A DNA stretch of 17,897 nt. Origin: Chlamydiota bacterium (GTDB lineage: Bacteria > Auribacterota > Tritonobacteria > UBA1439). The notes under the pieces were generated by a model. It worked only from the letters and a program-made list of their open reading frames with translations. It was not told where the DNA came from and made no database searches. This document shows positions 14,373 through 17,897 of the stretch, in pieces. The stretch's first letter is position 1, and the number at the start of each line of letters is the position of its first letter. The stretch is from NCBI GenBank assembly GCA_037133055.1, contig JBAXOY010000062.1, positions 1-17,897 of the forward strand. Reading direction: 5' to 3'. The position numbers were made by a program, and so were the translations under genes.

Positions 14373-14957
14373 ATGAAGAGGATGCGGGCGGCCCATAACC
14401 CGAAAAGGCTCCTGGTGCTCTGTCTGCTGGTCGGATCGGCGCGCGCGGCGTGCGCCGGCGACGTCGCGTTCAGAAAGCTGTGCGGCGGCGATGACGCCGT
14501 CTACGGCGTGAAGAAGACCTCTGCGGCCCCAGAACTCGCGCTCGCCCGCGACGGTGACGAGATGCGCCGCATCTGGGCGGAGGACGTCACGGGGGCCTAC
14601 CGGGACTCGAACGGCATGCCCGCGGTCGACTGGAAGAGCGAATTCGTCGTGGCCGTCTTCATCGGGGCGCGCCCCTCCGCGGGGTACGCGGCGCGGATCG
14701 AAGGGGTGGCGCTGAAGGGGAAGGTGCTCGAGGTCACGGTGCGGGAGAGCGCCCCGTCCCCTGCGCCCGCCGGGGCAGCGCGCGCCGCCTCTCCGTACGC
14801 GATGGCGGTCTGTTCGCGCGCGGGAGTCCCCCTTGCGGATATCCTCATGCTCAGGCTCGCCGGCGGAGACGGCAGGGTCCTCGTCGAACGTCCCGCCTGG
14901 TCGTACCGGATGATGGATTCTTCCCCCGGGGCCGCCGGGGCGAAGGGCGCGCGGTGA
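14373..14957 (+). CDS. Exported protein with PrcB C-terminal domain
   Basis: Signal peptide; PAVDW..EFVVAVFIG.RPSAGY...I..V......L.V.V.E..P......SPY motif. Confidence 0.75.
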   Translation: MKRMRAAHNPKRLLVLCLLVGSARAACAGDVAFRKLCGGDDAVYGVKKTSAAPELALARDGDEMRRIWAEDVTGAYRDSNGMPAVDWKSEFVVAVFIGARPSAGYAARIEGVALKGKVLEVTVRESAPSPAPAGAARAASPYAMAVCSRAGVPLADILMLRLAGGDGRVLVERPAWSYRMMDSSPGAAGAKGAR

Positions 14958-16873
14958 GAGCCATGCCGGTTTCTCGCCTCCGGACCGCCGCAGCCTTGGC
15001 GGCCCTCGCCTCCTGCGCCGGCTGCGCGACGGTGTCCGTGGGCAGGATCCCGAGCCAGGAAGGGGTGTATCCCGCCTCGACCCGCCCCGACGCGCCGCTC
15101 GTGCTCGCCATCCCGGGGCTGAGAATCCCGACCATCCCCGTGACGCAGGAGCAGCACTTCGGGCACCTGGTGGAGATGCTCGCCGCGGAGGGTATCCCGT
15201 GCCGCATTCTCCCCTACGATACGAATGAGAACCCCCTCTCTCCCGACGCGGCGCTCATTTCCCCGAATCTTGCCATCGCGTGGACCCGCGTCGGCCCGGC
15301 GGCCGTCCACGAGCTCCAGCTCGAAAACGAGCGGCGGGCCGCCCTCGGATTGCCCCCCGCGCAAAGGGTCGTGTTTTTCGGGTACAGCCAGGGGGCGGTG
15401 ATCATGGAGCAGCTCGCGAGCCGCATCTTCTACTCGTTCAAGAATAATTACGACGACATGGCAAAACATTTCGGCGTGGAGTGGACCGCCCTGCGCAACG
15501 ATCCCGAGTTCCTCTATTTCATGAACGCGCTCGAGGACTTCCTCGTGCTGAAGAATATCAAGGTCCAGAGGGAAAAGGGGCTCAGGCGCGACCCCGACTT
15601 CAAGTACGTGTACCGCAGGGCGGAGTTGAAAGCGACCCGGCAGTTCGACGAGTTGATCCAATACCTCAACGATCCGACGGTTAAATACCCCGGCGTGGCG
15701 CGATTCGAAGAGCCCGAGACGCCGAAATACCCGAAGCGGTACCGCGCGGTGAAATTGTGCGCGGAGTACGAGAAGCACTGCTCGCTCGAACAGCGCGAGC
15801 GCATCAAGAGCTTCTTCATCGATTACGCCGAGTACCGCCATTTCCTCGACGTGCAGCCCGCGTTTATCGCGGCGGCGGGCTCATTCTTCGGTTCGCCCCG
15901 CGCGAGCGCGAGTTACGCCCTCTTCAGACGGTTCCCATTTCTGAAACTTTTCGTGCGGCGGGAGCTTAACCAGATCAGGCAGACCGAGCTCGGCGCGCCC
16001 CAGCACTGGGAGAATATCGAGACCCTCGTCCGCCTGAACAGGGACGAACGGTACCCGATCGACCCCGACAACACGCTCTTCATCGTGGGGGCGAACGGGG
16101 GAAGGGGCGACGGTCTTGTCGACCAGTCGAGCGCCCACCTCGCCGACCATTCCTTCCAGCGGGTACGGGTCATGAGGGCGGCACGGGGGAGGGAGAAGGT
16201 GGAGACGGAGGTGATCGAGCGGGACCGGCTCCCGGACCTGATCGTGGTGCCCCTCCGCCTGATGCACTTTCCGGAAACGATGATGTGGGGCATGGGCGGG
16301 CGGCGCTACGGCGCGGCGTACATGGAGGAGGGCAACCCCGCCTGGCCCTATCTGCTCAGCTTCGTCCGATGCAACGCGACGGGGATAGGAAGCAGCCTCG
16401 CCCGGGGAGAGAGGAACCTCGGCCAGTGCCTGCTGTCGCTCGCCCCCCCCGCGGTCCGCGACAGGGCGAGCGAACCGGTGAGCCTCAGGCAGTTCATGCT
16501 CGAGCTCTCCCTGCCCCCCGACGCTTGGAAGGGATCGAGCGTCAGCCGCACCGGGCGCTCGTGGAACGTGCGGATCGACAGGCTGTATCACAACGCCGAG
16601 ACGCGCTCCTGGGTCTGGACGGGGCATTTCGAGGGGAGGGGGCAGGAGATGAATCCGTTTGGCCCGGAGTCGGTCGAGGGGGCCGTCGACCTTGAGCTGC
16701 GCCTGTCCCGAGGGGAGAAGCTGCCCCTCTCCTGCACCGTCTACCCCGGGTGCAGCAGCTTCATCAAACTCGAAACCGCGGGAACCGTGTCAGCCCCGTC
16801 TTCTTCCCGTTTTTCGCCGAATAGCTCCTCTCGGACGTATGGGACCTATACCGCCAAAACACCGTCAGACTGA
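14954..16873 (+). CDS. Large lipoprotein with alpha/beta-hydrolase features
   Basis: GTGA overlap with the upstream gene (ATG 14963 alternative); lipobox-like CAGC; VLAIPGL, VFFGYSQGA nucleophile elbow, FFGSP, DGLV...SA, later HF. Confidence 0.7.
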   Translation: MRAMPVSRLRTAAALAALASCAGCATVSVGRIPSQEGVYPASTRPDAPLVLAIPGLRIPTIPVTQEQHFGHLVEMLAAEGIPCRILPYDTNENPLSPDAALISPNLAIAWTRVGPAAVHELQLENERRAALGLPPAQRVVFFGYSQGAVIMEQLASRIFYSFKNNYDDMAKHFGVEWTALRNDPEFLYFMNALEDFLVLKNIKVQREKGLRRDPDFKYVYRRAELKATRQFDELIQYLNDPTVKYPGVARFEEPETPKYPKRYRAVKLCAEYEKHCSLEQRERIKSFFIDYAEYRHFLDVQPAFIAAAGSFFGSPRASASYALFRRFPFLKLFVRRELNQIRQTELGAPQHWENIETLVRLNRDERYPIDPDNTLFIVGANGGRGDGLVDQSSAHLADHSFQRVRVMRAARGREKVETEVIERDRLPDLIVVPLRLMHFPETMMWGMGGRRYGAAYMEEGNPAWPYLLSFVRCNATGIGSSLARGERNLGQCLLSLAPPAVRDRASEPVSLRQFMLELSLPPDAWKGSSVSRTGRSWNVRIDRLYHNAETRSWVWTGHFEGRGQEMNPFGPESVEGAVDLELRLSRGEKLPLSCTVYPGCSSFIKLETAGTVSAPSSSRFSPNSSSRTYGTYTAKTPSD

Positions 16874-16909
16874 CATGAGCCCTCTCCGCTTCACCATCCG
16901 CCGCCGCTG

Positions 16910-16918
16910 TGCTAGACT
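16910..16918 (+). promoter_or_regulatory. Extended -10 (TGnTAGACT)
   Basis: TGCTAGACT upstream of the GGAGG RBS and ATG 16944. Confidence 0.55.
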
Positions 16919-16943
16919 ATCCCCGTCACCGGAGGGACTACCG

Positions 16944-17528
16944 ATGAGACTGCCGCCCGTCCTTGTTCTTGCGCTTGTCTGCGCGGGGTGTGTCGTGCCG
17001 CAGCGGAAGTTTGACGAGCTCAACAGCGAGAAGCTTCTGATCGAGGCCAAGTGCGCCGAGGTCACGCGCGAGAAGGAGAAACTCGCCGCGGAGAAGGCCT
17101 TGCTTGACGCCGTGATCGCCCGGGGCGCGCGCGATGTCGCGAAGTTTGAGCAGCGGGTGAAGGACCTCCGCGAATCGAACGTCGAGCTGATGCGGGAGCT
17201 CGGGGAGTCGCGGAAGAAGATTACCGAATACGAGAAAAAGGCCGGGGAGCTCGACGCCGCCCGGTCCAGGGCGGCGGAGGAGAGGAAGTCCATCGAGCGG
17301 AAGTGCGAGCGCGTCGAGAATGAGCGCGTCACCGTCCAGCGCCAGTACCGCGAGCTCCTCGATCAGCACAACCGGCTGCAGCGCCGCCTCGCCGAGGCGG
17401 AGCCGGTGCGGGCCGCCTCGCCCTCGCCGCCTCCCGGGACCGCCGCGCCGGCGGGCGGGGGCGCGGGCGGGGACCGCGGCGCCTCGCATGGCGGCCAGGG
17501 GCTGGACGTCTCCGGCACCGACGGCTGA
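16944..17528 (+). CDS. Coiled-coil lipoprotein, hypothetical
   Basis: RBS GGAGGG; MRLPPVLVLALVCAGC lipobox; ~130-aa coiled coil followed by a Pro/Ala/Gly tail. Confidence 0.75.
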   Translation: MRLPPVLVLALVCAGCVVPQRKFDELNSEKLLIEAKCAEVTREKEKLAAEKALLDAVIARGARDVAKFEQRVKDLRESNVELMRELGESRKKITEYEKKAGELDAARSRAAEERKSIERKCERVENERVTVQRQYRELLDQHNRLQRRLAEAEPVRAASPSPPPGTAAPAGGGAGGDRGASHGGQGLDVSGTDG

Positions 17529-17547
17529 GGCGCGGGAAGGGGAAGGC

Positions 17548-17897
17548 ATGGCGTACCGGGCGTGGTTCCAGTGCATCGGGGAGTGCGGCGAGCGGTATCC
17601 GCTCGACGAGGTCGTCTATCAGTGCCGGAAGTGCGGGGAGCTCCTCGAGGTGCGGCACGACATGGACGCGCTGCGCGCGACCCCCGGCGCGGAGTGGAGG
17701 AAGCTCTGGGACCGGAGGTACCGCCGCACCGAGTGGCCCTACGGGAGCTCGGTCTGGGGCAAGAAGGAGCTCGTCTGTCCAGGGGTCAGGGACGAGAACA
17801 TCGTTTCGCTCTACGAGGGGGGGAGCAATCTCTTCCGCGCGTTCAGGCTCGGCGCCGAGATAGGCGTCGGCGAGCTGTGGGTGAAGCTCTGCGGCAA
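17548..17897 (+). CDS. thrC: Threonine synthase, plant-like subfamily (5' part; runs off the window)
   Basis: My translation: MAYRAWFQCIGECGERYPLDEVVYQCRKCGELLEVRHD...WPYGSSVWGKKELV...IVSLYEGGSNLF...LWVKLCG, matching plant-type TS N-terminal motifs. Confidence 0.88.
   Translation, partial: MAYRAWFQCIGECGERYPLDEVVYQCRKCGELLEVRHDMDALRATPGAEWRKLWDRRYRRTEWPYGSSVWGKKELVCPGVRDENIVSLYEGGSNLFRAFRLGAEIGVGELWVKLCG

Noticed and set aside
16944..17528. MotB/OmpA-family protein
   Set aside because: The N-terminal lipoprotein coiled coil is reminiscent, but no OmpA_C domain follows
1..17897. A complete, active DGR within the window
   Set aside because: No full RT (no YxDD-containing RT ORF) and no AAC-rich template repeat matching the VR were found by eye on either strand

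Overview
High-GC bacterial chromosomal window, mostly housekeeping and envelope genes: DUF2062 protein, MuiA-like DUF4140/DUF4139 protein, lysC, yjjX, trxB, comEA-like, pal plus a LysM lipoprotein, a uridine-kinase-like P-loop protein, several exported proteins and a partial plant-type thrC. Two loci stand out. (1) A decayed diversity-generating retroelement at about 2229-3412: an FGE-sulfatase/CLec target gene with a VR-like C-terminus, an intact avd, and only the first ~14 codons of a reverse transcriptase coupled to avd. No template repeat is visible in the window. (2) A sodium:solute symporter closely resembling the animal high-affinity choline transporter CHT1/SLC5A7, convergent with a phosphatidylcholine synthase; a 170-bp element with 27-bp inverted repeats lies between them. 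Also present: a small AT-richer islet (hypothetical exported protein plus hicBA) preceded by a duplicated, synonymously diverged yjjX 3' end and a GTAG-type REP, several 7-9-nt-period repeat tracts, and several apparently leaderless promoters. All assignments come from motif recognition by eye; no searches were run.
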